A DNA stretch of 63,941 bases, filler included, from Barthelona sp. PAP020 (Eukaryota), in the NCBI GenBank assembly GCA_040182905.1. It is 4 parts of 4 records of this genome, joined end to end, with 100 filler letters (N's around TTAATTAATTAA, not from the genome) between each part and the next. Parts side by side here need not be neighbours in the genome. Positions count along the whole stretch, not along the records: positions 1 to 16,329 come from JARQWU010000264.1; 3 more parts are not named here. One strand, written 5' to 3'. Of the stretch, positions 1 to 9,899 are shown in pieces. Under the pieces are notes generated by a model, which was given only the letters and a program-made list of their open reading frames with translations, had not been told where the DNA came from and did no database searches. Made by a program: the position numbers and the translations under genes. Every line of letters starts with the position of its first letter. Positions within the stretch are counted from its first letter, which is position 1.

Positions 1-187
1 TCAGACGAGCGTTCGCATATAAAATCCCTCAATTCCCCCACCCCCACGGATGGTTTAATGAAGTCATAAATAAAATAAAAAAATTTAACAACGGAAAAAG
101 TTTTTGTTTCAACAAAATATAATTGAAAACCCATTGACAAACATATATTCAACAATTATTATATTACATTAGGGAATTTATGAATGA

Positions 188-3067
188 ATGGAAGAATTTG
201 ATTGGAATACATGCATTGAAAGAGCAAAAGAAATTAAAACTAATAATTTTTCAAGTTACATTGAGGAATTAAAAAAATTAACAATTTATTTAAAAGGTTT
301 AAGACGTAATTTGTTTGTGATCAATAAGTGTATTGAAAAAGATAATATTGCTTTATTAGAATATTTATTTAAAGAAGGAATGTCGTCTAAAGGATTAATT
401 TTTTGTATTTTACAAAAAAAAAACATAAATTTACTTGATTTTGGGTTTAAATATGAAAAAGATATCTATTTTGGTTCTTGTATTGTCAATGAATCTTATA
501 ATAATAAGTACCTGACATTGCATGATCGTATTAATTTATTGAAGATATCTCCCATGGGAGATAATGTAATAATATCTTCTGATGATCGACAAATACGAGA
601 TTATGGAATTCATGACAAAGAACTTAGTTTATTGAAGACAATCAAAGATCATCAAGGTGCTGTTAGTGATTTATTATATTCACAAAATGGACAGTATTTT
701 TGTTCATGTTCTTATGATGAAAACGTTATTGTATATGATTCTAACAGTTACCAGATTGTATTTCAATTTGAAGCATTTGCTTCCAGCATTTGTTTTTATT
801 CTACTAATGTGATCAACTTTATTGATTTGGATGGGTATTTACGTTCTTATGATTTAAAATTGCATATGCAGACAGACGTTTTACACTTGCCAGATGATAT
901 GATTACAAAAATGATTAACTCTAATGATGAAAGGTATGTTGGTCTGTATGGCAGTAACATTGCCTTTATAGCCTTATTAAATCCGTTTAAGATAGTTTTT
1001 GTTCTTGTTGGGCATTCTGATCGAATTAATTGTCTTAAATTTAACGATGATTGTTCTTTATGTGCTACTGGTTCGAATGATGAGATGATCAAAGTGTGGA
1101 GCTTGACAAATGGTCAATGTATTGCTACTTTTGATACCACTTGCTGTTCAAACGTATTTAAAGATAATAATGCCCATCATATTGAGCATATAAAGACACA
1201 AGAGTCTGTTGAAAGTTGTAAAACATCTGCACCCTCTTTGCTTTCAACATCAAACATTGCAATTACTTTGAATAGCTTTACTGAGATCAATTCAATTGAA
1301 TTCGTAAATTTCATTGATAATGACAGTAAAATTGTATGCTGCAAGCGTAATGGTGTTGTTCAAGTTTGGTTAGTTGAAGAGAAACAAATTTTAACGAATA
1401 CTGACAGTTTACTGAATGGTTTGATTCACGTATGGTGTTGTGACATTGATTGTAATTATCAACGTCTTATTTTTAGTGGCAATGAGTTTAATAGCAGAGG
1501 TAGTGTGGTTTCTGGATATAATTTTAGTGTAGACAAGAAATATTTTAGCAAATTATTCTTTGATCACTACGATTTGTTTGTTTTAAAACTTGTTGAGTTA
1601 TCACATAAACAAACCAATTTATTGTTATGTCTTTTTGAGAATAAAATATTTGATTATCACAGAGATGAACTACTAATATTGTTAAACAATGGATATTATG
1701 TATCTTTGCAAGAATATACTTTTCTAGATGATAATGTACAAAAATGTTTGGTTGAATTTGATCATGAAGGTCAAATTGTATATATATCTCAAAATTATGA
1801 ATTATCTTTAAAATCATTAACTTGGGAAGAGTTTCATCAATTAGAGTTTGAGAATTTTGATCAAAACGTTTTATTGACTAAAACGTTTGAATTATTAGAG
1901 AATGTTTCTTCAACCACTACAACCACTACAACCACAACAAATATAACCCGGAATTTACCTTTAAATGAACTTTGTAGTGAAATGATTGAAAAGGCCATAA
2001 AAATTGGATATTTAGATTTATTGATTTGTTTTATTGAAAATGAATTTTTTGGTTTAAAAAATATACCAAAATTGTTAATTGTCTATGAACAATATTGGAT
2101 GATACCTTTGATATTGAAATTGAACATTGCAACCATTGAATATCCCGCTGAAATAAGAAAGATTTTTCAAACAATGAAAGGTCATACAAACATCATTTGG
2201 AACCTTAAAATCACTAAAGATGGTAAGTTTTTGGCAACTTTTTCAGAAGATTGTACTTTAAGAATATGGAACACTAATACTAAGCAATGTATAAGAATTT
2301 TAGACATTTTTTTCAACAATATGCTAGATATGTGTTTCAATGATAATGGGACTTTATTCGCTACATGTGATAATGATGGTTTTGTTACAATTTTTGATTG
2401 TACCAACAATTGGAAAGTTTTAAATGTTTCATCTCATTATAATATTCAATGCATGATCTTTTACAAAGATAAATATTTATTTACTGGAGATTCCTCTGGA
2501 TTTATTCAAAAAATTACTTTAGACACGTTTCAAATACTTTGTCGTAAAAAGATTCATGATGACGCTATTTCCTTTATTGATTGTAAAGATAGGTATATAG
2601 CTACTGCTAGTTTAGACAAGACTGGAATAATTTTTGATTTGGAAAACTTTGAAGTGTTTGATTTACCAATATCTCATGATGATGGTCTGTCAAAGATCAA
2701 ATTCGTTACCACTTTAGAATTGTTTTCTGTGTCATTTGATGGAGTAATCAAATTATGGAATATGAAGACACTTGAGAATAATCCTTCCGATATCATTCAC
2801 ACAAAATCCAATGGTTTGGGCTGTATTGAATATTTAAATCCTGAACAGTTTGTATGGTTCGACAAAAATAATGATTTAATCTTGTTTGACGGGAAATCCA
2901 ACAGCAATTGTATATTTTTTTCTGGTTTAACTCAAATATGTTCCATGGTGTATTGTCCTTTTTCTAAAAAGTTGTATTACAGTGGTTTTGAACCAGCAAT
3001 CGTCGAAGTGTCTGGGGACGTTATTGTTTCAAAAGGAATTTTTCATCGTGAGAGAAGTGAAAACTGA
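188..3067 (+). CDS. Double WD40-propeller protein with interspersed helical segments
   Basis: 959-aa ORF with two clusters of GH...W repeats (GHSDRINCLKFN...IKVW; GHTNIIWNLKIT...LRIW), each preceded by a similar helical segment. Poly-Thr linker at ~1912-1938. Confidence 0.85.
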   Translation: MEEFDWNTCIERAKEIKTNNFSSYIEELKKLTIYLKGLRRNLFVINKCIEKDNIALLEYLFKEGMSSKGLIFCILQKKNINLLDFGFKYEKDIYFGSCIVNESYNNKYLTLHDRINLLKISPMGDNVIISSDDRQIRDYGIHDKELSLLKTIKDHQGAVSDLLYSQNGQYFCSCSYDENVIVYDSNSYQIVFQFEAFASSICFYSTNVINFIDLDGYLRSYDLKLHMQTDVLHLPDDMITKMINSNDERYVGLYGSNIAFIALLNPFKIVFVLVGHSDRINCLKFNDDCSLCATGSNDEMIKVWSLTNGQCIATFDTTCCSNVFKDNNAHHIEHIKTQESVESCKTSAPSLLSTSNIAITLNSFTEINSIEFVNFIDNDSKIVCCKRNGVVQVWLVEEKQILTNTDSLLNGLIHVWCCDIDCNYQRLIFSGNEFNSRGSVVSGYNFSVDKKYFSKLFFDHYDLFVLKLVELSHKQTNLLLCLFENKIFDYHRDELLILLNNGYYVSLQEYTFLDDNVQKCLVEFDHEGQIVYISQNYELSLKSLTWEEFHQLEFENFDQNVLLTKTFELLENVSSTTTTTTTTTNITRNLPLNELCSEMIEKAIKIGYLDLLICFIENEFFGLKNIPKLLIVYEQYWMIPLILKLNIATIEYPAEIRKIFQTMKGHTNIIWNLKITKDGKFLATFSEDCTLRIWNTNTKQCIRILDIFFNNMLDMCFNDNGTLFATCDNDGFVTIFDCTNNWKVLNVSSHYNIQCMIFYKDKYLFTGDSSGFIQKITLDTFQILCRKKIHDDAISFIDCKDRYIATASLDKTGIIFDLENFEVFDLPISHDDGLSKIKFVTTLELFSVSFDGVIKLWNMKTLENNPSDIIHTKSNGLGCIEYLNPEQFVWFDKNNDLILFDGKSNSNCIFFSGLTQICSMVYCPFSKKLYYSGFEPAIVEVSGDVIVSKGIFHRERSEN

Positions 3068-3742
3068 AAGGGCAATGCATTCATTTTGTAAGATTTTGTA
3101 CAATCAAAGAAAAACAAACTCTGTTTATTTCAAAAGAAATTGTTAAAGTGAAATTTGATAGGTAGTAATTTTTGTCCTCCAAAACCATTCATAAAAACCA
3201 TTCATAAAACAAACATTTTTTTTATTCACTCATTATTCTACCTTTGATACAACCACATTCTATTTTTTATAAAACTAACTTAAAAAAAAAAAAAAACTGA
3301 GCAAAATAATCGTTGTCCAATTATCATGCATCAACTATTGTCAATGAAATTTTAAGTTTCACTGTAAGGATTGAACCTGTTCAAAGATATTCTTTTTCAA
3401 AAAAAACAAATTCAACCTTCAAAAATGGTCAGTTGTAGAAAACCCTCGTAGATTTGGTATGATGCACTTAATTGATGTTTTGATAAAGACACATTATTAT
3501 TTAAGGAAGGATTTAAAGGACTTGAACAATTTTCTATGATTTAACTCAAATGCTATTGAAATCAACTATTCAAAAATCAAAAAAGGTTTTCATCTTCAAG
3601 AATTTTTTTTGAGTAAATATCATTAAATTACCTCCTATTGCACTAATTTATCAATAAAACAAAAAATGGAAATTTTTCAAGAAGGCTAGAAAAAATTAAA
3701 AGGAAAAATTTCACAATTTTTTCTCTTTTTTATTTATTTGTC

Positions 3743-6100
3743 ATGTTCACTTTTGAAGAAAAAAAAGGGTCAAAAAAACTTAAGCGACAATGGTCGAAGA
3801 AACGTAGAAAAATTGCTGAAAAACCAGAGGATGATACTTTTGAAAAATTTGATAATTTTGTCAAATCTAACGACTTTGATATTCCTGGAAGTGAAATTGA
3901 AATAATTGAAAGAAATGTTGCATTAGGAAGTGGCTGTTACTTACATCTTGCCAAACGATATGAAAAACCAGTAATAATTAAGTTTTTTACGAGAAAGATT
4001 GAAAAAGATGAACTTGACCGAGAATGTTTTGCAGTGGTATTAAATCATCCATTTATTCGTCAAGTATTTGGAGTAACTGAGATTGAATATAAACAAGGTA
4101 TAGTAATGGAATATTGTGATGCCGTTCTTGAAGATATGATACCTGAATTGTCTTTGAAGGAGAAGTTGATTATCATGATGCAGGTTTCGTCTGCGCTTGA
4201 ATTTTGCCACAGAAAAGGGGTAATGCATAGGGATCTTAAGCCAAACAATATTTTGCTGAGACGTGATGCTAATGGTGTATACATTCCTGCAATTGCTGAT
4301 TTTGGGCTTGTTCGTGATGCCAGTAGAAGTTCAGCCAATTCGATGATGGGAGCAGCAAGATATGCTGCTCCTGAGTTAGCCAGAGAAGAGGTGAACATAA
4401 TAGGAATAGCTGTTGATGTCTGGTCATTTGGTGTTACGTTAACTCAGGTTATAAGTGAGTTTATTCCTTTTGAAGGGTTGGGTGAATTAAAAGTTATAGC
4501 TAAATTGATTAAGGGTCAACTTCCATTTGAAAGGGAGCTGTTGGATACAATTCCTGGGTTTGGAATTATTAAGAAGTGTTTGTGTTTGGATCCAGCTAAC
4601 AGGCCAACTTTTAGTGAGATAACAGAGTATTTACAGATGCTGATTGAGCGTTTTGAGGGATTGGGATTCGATGAAAAAAAGTTGATGAAGGATAATGCTG
4701 TGTTGAAAGAGGAAAACCAGATTTACGAAAAGCAGGTTAGGAATTTGAGAAAGCATGTTGATAAATTAAAGAATGAAAAAAAAACATTGATGATAGAGAA
4801 TGAAGCATTAAACCATAAAAACCAAGGATTAGTGCATCAAAATCAAGAATTGACAGATCAGGTTGTTAAATTCGAAGAGAAAACAAATTTATGGTTGAAT
4901 GAAAAGCAAGAATTAACAAACCAAATAGATTTGCTAAACCAAATGAATGAATTTGTAATTAACAATGATGAAAGAGAACTTATTATGAATGGAAACCACT
5001 TTATTTCAGTTACTTTTAAGAATATGCTGAACAGATTTATGAACTGGCATGATAGAGAACAAATTATTGCAAATGAAAGGGAAATCGTTCGTGAAGTCAA
5101 AAAGTTTAAAAAGAAACCAGTTTTAAACAATGAATTTCCTGACAGAAGGGTTTGTGCCCTTGATTACAGCTCTGATGGACGATTTTATGCAGTTGTAGGT
5201 TTTTTTTCTGGATTGCTCGCTGTTTACAACATTGAAACAGGTAAAATTGTGTATGAAGGATGGCATGAAAAATGTATAAGTCTCAATTTCAGTCCAGACT
5301 CCAAACTGTTGGCTATAGCCAGTTTCTCTCATGGTGTAAAAATTCATATCATTGAAGTTGATACATGGAGAACAATAAAAGTGATTGAAAGTAGATTCCA
5401 TGAAATAGTTAGTATGTGGTTCTCATCAGATGGAAAACTGCTTTGTTGTGGTATGAAAGAAGGTTTCATTATTATATTCACTGTTGAAGGACAAAAATTG
5501 TATGAATATAAAGCACACAAAGGTGATGTTAAATCTGCGCGTATTAGTCCCGATATGAAGTACTTCGCTTCTGTCAGCAATGATGAATATTCAAAGTTGT
5601 TTTCATTGGAGACTTATGAAGAGCTTTACAAGTGGAGACATGATAATTGTCCAAAGGTATTTTCATTGGAAACGTATCAAAAGCTTAGAAGAGATAAATG
5701 TAGAAGAAACCATGTCGTTTCAGGATGTTTCTCACCCGATGGTGCTTTTTGGGCGACAGGTGATGATAATGGTTCAATCAGGATATTTGATATTGAGTCT
5801 AGAGAGTTATTGGGAGAATTTAAAATTCATGATGGTTGGATTAATTCTATCATCTTCTCTCAAAATAGTTCATTGATTTATACTGGCTCTAACGATAAAT
5901 CGTTTGCTGTAATTCGAAGAAAGACAGGTCAAGTGCTACAGAAAGTGAATGTAACCTTTAAGATTCAGGTTATGGTCCTAAATCATGATGGAAATCGTTT
6001 GTTGTGCAGTGGAGAATATGATAAAACTAATTTGACACACAAGCCCCACAATGACAAAAACGATGTGCCAATTCAAGAATTTATTGCTTCAGGCTTGTAA
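3743..6100 (+). CDS. TKL-like protein kinase fused to a coiled coil and C-terminal WD40 repeats
   Basis: HRDLKPNN, DFG, YAAPE and DVWSFG motifs; heptad-rich middle; WD40 repeats (AHKGDVKSARISPD, FSPDGAFWATG). Confidence 0.9.
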   Translation: MFTFEEKKGSKKLKRQWSKKRRKIAEKPEDDTFEKFDNFVKSNDFDIPGSEIEIIERNVALGSGCYLHLAKRYEKPVIIKFFTRKIEKDELDRECFAVVLNHPFIRQVFGVTEIEYKQGIVMEYCDAVLEDMIPELSLKEKLIIMMQVSSALEFCHRKGVMHRDLKPNNILLRRDANGVYIPAIADFGLVRDASRSSANSMMGAARYAAPELAREEVNIIGIAVDVWSFGVTLTQVISEFIPFEGLGELKVIAKLIKGQLPFERELLDTIPGFGIIKKCLCLDPANRPTFSEITEYLQMLIERFEGLGFDEKKLMKDNAVLKEENQIYEKQVRNLRKHVDKLKNEKKTLMIENEALNHKNQGLVHQNQELTDQVVKFEEKTNLWLNEKQELTNQIDLLNQMNEFVINNDERELIMNGNHFISVTFKNMLNRFMNWHDREQIIANEREIVREVKKFKKKPVLNNEFPDRRVCALDYSSDGRFYAVVGFFSGLLAVYNIETGKIVYEGWHEKCISLNFSPDSKLLAIASFSHGVKIHIIEVDTWRTIKVIESRFHEIVSMWFSSDGKLLCCGMKEGFIIIFTVEGQKLYEYKAHKGDVKSARISPDMKYFASVSNDEYSKLFSLETYEELYKWRHDNCPKVFSLETYQKLRRDKCRRNHVVSGCFSPDGAFWATGDDNGSIRIFDIESRELLGEFKIHDGWINSIIFSQNSSLIYTGSNDKSFAVIRRKTGQVLQKVNVTFKIQVMVLNHDGNRLLCSGEYDKTNLTHKPHNDKNDVPIQEFIASGL

Positions 6101-6139
6101 AACTTACCATTTTATTTTGTTTTTATGTCGCTTGATTTC

Positions 6140-6400
6140 ATTTGTCACCTCGCTTCATCTGGATTTTCACCTTGTTTATAAAATTTGAAACACATTCTTT
6201 CCTCACTATGAACAAACAACTGCTTTCAGCACAAACCCCAAAAACTCTTTTGACAGCCATTTACAAGGCGATTGTTTTTATCAGATCGAAATTTTCTGTT
6301 CTTCCTTTTTCCTTGAATATGAAATACTTTACCATCGACTTCTCCAAAAATTTTGACCTTGCACTTTTAAGATAAATTTCAAGAATATTGAAACCTTTGG
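6140..6400 (-). pseudogene. Possible degenerate kinase N-lobe relic
   Basis: Minus-strand fragments EKSMVKYFIFKEKG (ending in a stop) and VKRVFGVCAESSCLFIVRKEC resemble EKPVIIKFFTRK and IRQVFGVTEIEYKQGIVMEYC of the neighbouring kinase. Confidence 0.3.
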
Positions 6401-6583
6401 GTTCCTCATAAACATTTGTAAAAAAAAAATTGAAAATTAATTTATTTTTATTTCAATAACAACCTTTCGTCAAACATTAACATTCCATCAATTTTTCATT
6501 CTTTCCCATCAATAAACAATAATCAAGATTGGTATTCAATATTAATAATGTGGTGTTGGTATGAATATTGTTACTCAAAAGTT

Positions 6584-9500
6584 CTAATGTCTGGGAATAA
6601 CCCACAATTCAACTATATCAGCTTCAAATTCAATTTCTTTGCACAAAACACCCTTATTCAATAAATCTTTATGACCAAAAAAGTTACCAACATTTGCCTT
6701 AACCATCAAATTATCATGTATCCAAAGATCTTGATTTGTTTGATTCCCCCAAATTAAATCATTCATTGTGCTATATAATCCATTGCCATAAGACTCAATA
6801 GGGTTTAATCTCACGCCTTTAGTTAGTGAAAACACATACGACCTGGAAATCAACACAGAAGAATTTGGCTTGAAGCCACGATAACAGTAACCTCCAAAAA
6901 CTTCTTCATTCTTTTTGATCAACAGCAAACAGTGTCCTGCTTTATTTGTTTGTATTTTGTTTTGAATTGCTTCTACAGTACGTTCTTCAGTTTGTGAATT
7001 GTATATCATCATGGGAGTAACTGGGATATTACGAACAGCATTCAACAACAAAATCTTGGCTGTGTTAGAATCATTAACAATGTTTGATTCAACGAATCCT
7101 TGAGGTATTGAGTAATTCTTCTTCAAAAAGTCTTCTTCAACTATTCTAGCAACATCAGCCATTCTTACAACATGCATTGTGGATACTTTACTACTAACAA
7201 GGTCAGAAGTAACATATTTATGTAATAAATTACCAATGGGTTGATGATTCATGATGGGTTGATTCATGACGGGTTGATTCATGATGGGTTGATTTACGAC
7301 GGGTTGATTCATAACAGGTTGACTTATAATAGGTTGATTCATAACAGGTTGACGTAAAGGTTGTCCCATAGGTTGTCCCATAGGTTGTCCAATGGATTGA
7401 TTGCTAGGTAAAATTACAGAATTTTCAGTTAATTCATGTGTTGAACGTTTAAAAGAGGAAGATAAAGGTTGTTCTACCACTGTTTTCATACTTTCTTTAT
7501 TTTTTGCTGGAGATGGCGTGTAAATACTTGCTATAGTTTGAGATTCTAATGGATTAAGTTTAGAGTTTTGTGTCATTTCAATTTCAATTGCTTCTTCTTC
7601 TTCTTCTTCATGGTACATTCTAAGAGAATCCGCAAAAATATCATCAGATTTCTTTTTATTTGCGTGAGCACTACGCAAAGGACTACGTTCAACTTCACGA
7701 ACACGACCAAAAACTCCACTTTCAGGTAATTGTGCACTTAAATCATCAGTTTTATCTTCATACATGTCAACTTCTTCATCTGACGTTCCTTTAGATGAAA
7801 CATCATCTGCATCAGCATACATATCAGCATCTGTTGTTGGCTGAACAGTATTATCCATTTCCATTCGTTGTGTGTCATTTAAATTGAAAGTAGCGGTTCT
7901 TTCCATGTTTGAAAAAGTGTTGCCCATTGGCATGCTCATATTCATTGCATTATTACCTGTATTCATTGTATTACCAACATTCATCGCATTAGTACCTGGA
8001 ATATTGTTACTAATTGAATTGTACCCCATTTGTAACAACATACTCTTCATATTATCTTTAACGATACTAGTTGCTGTTCCATATGTATCTTCATTCATGA
8101 CTACACCTTGTTGCATACCTAATGGATTCTGAAAAGGAGTTGTGGTAGTCATACCCATACCCATTGATGGCATGGTAATACCGTTCATAAAACCAACATT
8201 GACAAATCCTTCTTCGATGTTTAAGTTGTTTTCTGGCAATCCTTCAACTAAATCCAACAATTTTTCAGAATATTTGTCATGATCTTCGATAATCTTCAAA
8301 AATTCAACTGGGTTTTTGTTCTCCTTAGCATATTCCAAAAATTCTTCTGAATAAGCAATATGATCCAACATACCAATACAATTAGCCATATCGGAATTTA
8401 AAATATTGATCTTTTCATCTTTCTTTCCATTTAAACGGTTCATCTCTCGTGCAAACATTTCTTGTAATTTACTGACAGCTTTTGAATACTGTAATTCAAC
8501 ATCCCTTTCCTTCTCTTTCAATCCTTTCATAAAACTGGTTATCTCATCAGATGTTTCTTTCAAACCATCCCTATTACCAGAATATCCTCCATTTTTATAA
8601 AATTGACTGATCTTGATTAACTTATGATCGTTTAAATTTGCATGACTTCCAAACATCTTACATTCAATACAAACAGGCTTACGACATGTAGTACAAAAGA
8701 AACTGATTAATTGATTTGGATGATCTGGGCACGTCCCAAACGCATCTCGTTGACTCGTAGGGACTCGGGCATGATTGCGTAAAAAGGGCTTATCATGAAA
8801 CTCTAAATCACAGCTGTCACAAAAATTCGCTTGACACACTTTACAATACACAGTGGCCTCACGAACACGGCCTGCTTCATAACACAAATCACAATTAGGG
8901 ACAACTTTCTTTTCAGTGGCCATAGGATCATATTCAAATTCAATGTAGAACCTAGGTAAAATTTGATTTGTATTTTTAATTCCATATTCACGATAATACA
9001 ATTGATTTGATACATAGCGACCTTCAGCAGTCATAATCCAATCCATATCAGGCTTAGAACGATCATATTTTTGATATTTATCAGCATCATACATTATAGA
9101 ATCAAACTCTTCCAAATTTGACCAATCATGCATTTGATATTGATTTGGTTCATCTGTAGAATTCTTTGAATATGATCTGCCAACATATAAATCACATAAT
9201 AAAATTCGATAGATATTCTTTCCTTGTTTCATCTTTTTTCCATTTAAACTTAATGCTCCAACTCCAAATCTTCTTCTTTGAATATCTGTAAAATTGGAGT
9301 GTAAAATGGTTTTTAAATCAAGATCAGTGGTACTATCTCTACTTACATCAACCCAACAATCTAAAGTTTGTTTCCCCTAAAAATTAGATATTATTATTAA
9401 ATATGAAATAATCATACATTTGTACGACGATGAAATCCAGCTTGTAATTGTGGTTTACTTACATCACGAATTTGAAGAACACTGATGTCAAATCTTTGTA

Positions 9501-9597
9501 ATGCAGCGTTTAATCTGTAACTAACTTCTAAAAATTCTGGCTTATCATGTTCAAATTTCGTAAATCCATCCAATGGATTATTTGGTGAATAATTCAT
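6584..9597 (-). CDS. PARP/ART-like domain, two B-box zinc fingers, coiled coil, low-complexity region and TLDc domain (exons 9597-9418 and 9376-6584)
   Basis: Removing a 41-nt GT-AG intron joins the 9597 ORF in frame to the 9232 ORF with no stops. PARP-like motifs ILLCDLYVG, FDSI and EYGIKNTNQILPRFYIEF; B-boxes CDLC...CKVCQANFCDSC...H and CPDH...CTTCRKPVCIEC...H; TLDc motifs LLLIK...VFGGY...YVFSL...VELW. Confidence 0.85.
7240..7400 (-). repeat. Coding tandem repeats QPMG (12 nt) and QPV/IMN (15 nt)
   Basis: Repeated ggttgtcccata and g(g)gttgattcatga/ataac units on the + strand. Confidence 0.85.
9377..9417 (-). other. Spliceosomal intron, 41 nt
   Basis: GTATGA...TCTAATTTTTAG; removal restores the reading frame. 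Confidence 0.85.
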
Positions 9598-9899
9598 TAG
9601 AATAAAAAAATAAATTTAAATTATTAACCTTGTTGACCAACCAATTTTTTTTTGCACGACTGCTTTTTGTATCATTTATCTTTTCAATTAACTTTTAAAA
9701 CTTTATATTTAATATTATGTACTTATTAATAAGCTTTCCTCTGTTGAAAAATTAATTTTTCAAAGTGATTATTCAAAACATTTAAGAGTTATTTTAAGCA
9801 TACTTAGCCATAAATTTATCATATTTTATCTTGTGAAAGAAGAAAAACTGGATATTTCTTTCCTTAACAAGTTTGAAATTGATTTTTTTTATTTACGAA

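Noticed and set aside
25..47. C-rich tract, a possible G-quadruplex or telomere-like sequence on the minus strand
   Set aside because: Only three G runs, not tandemly repeated, and the context is cut by the window edge.
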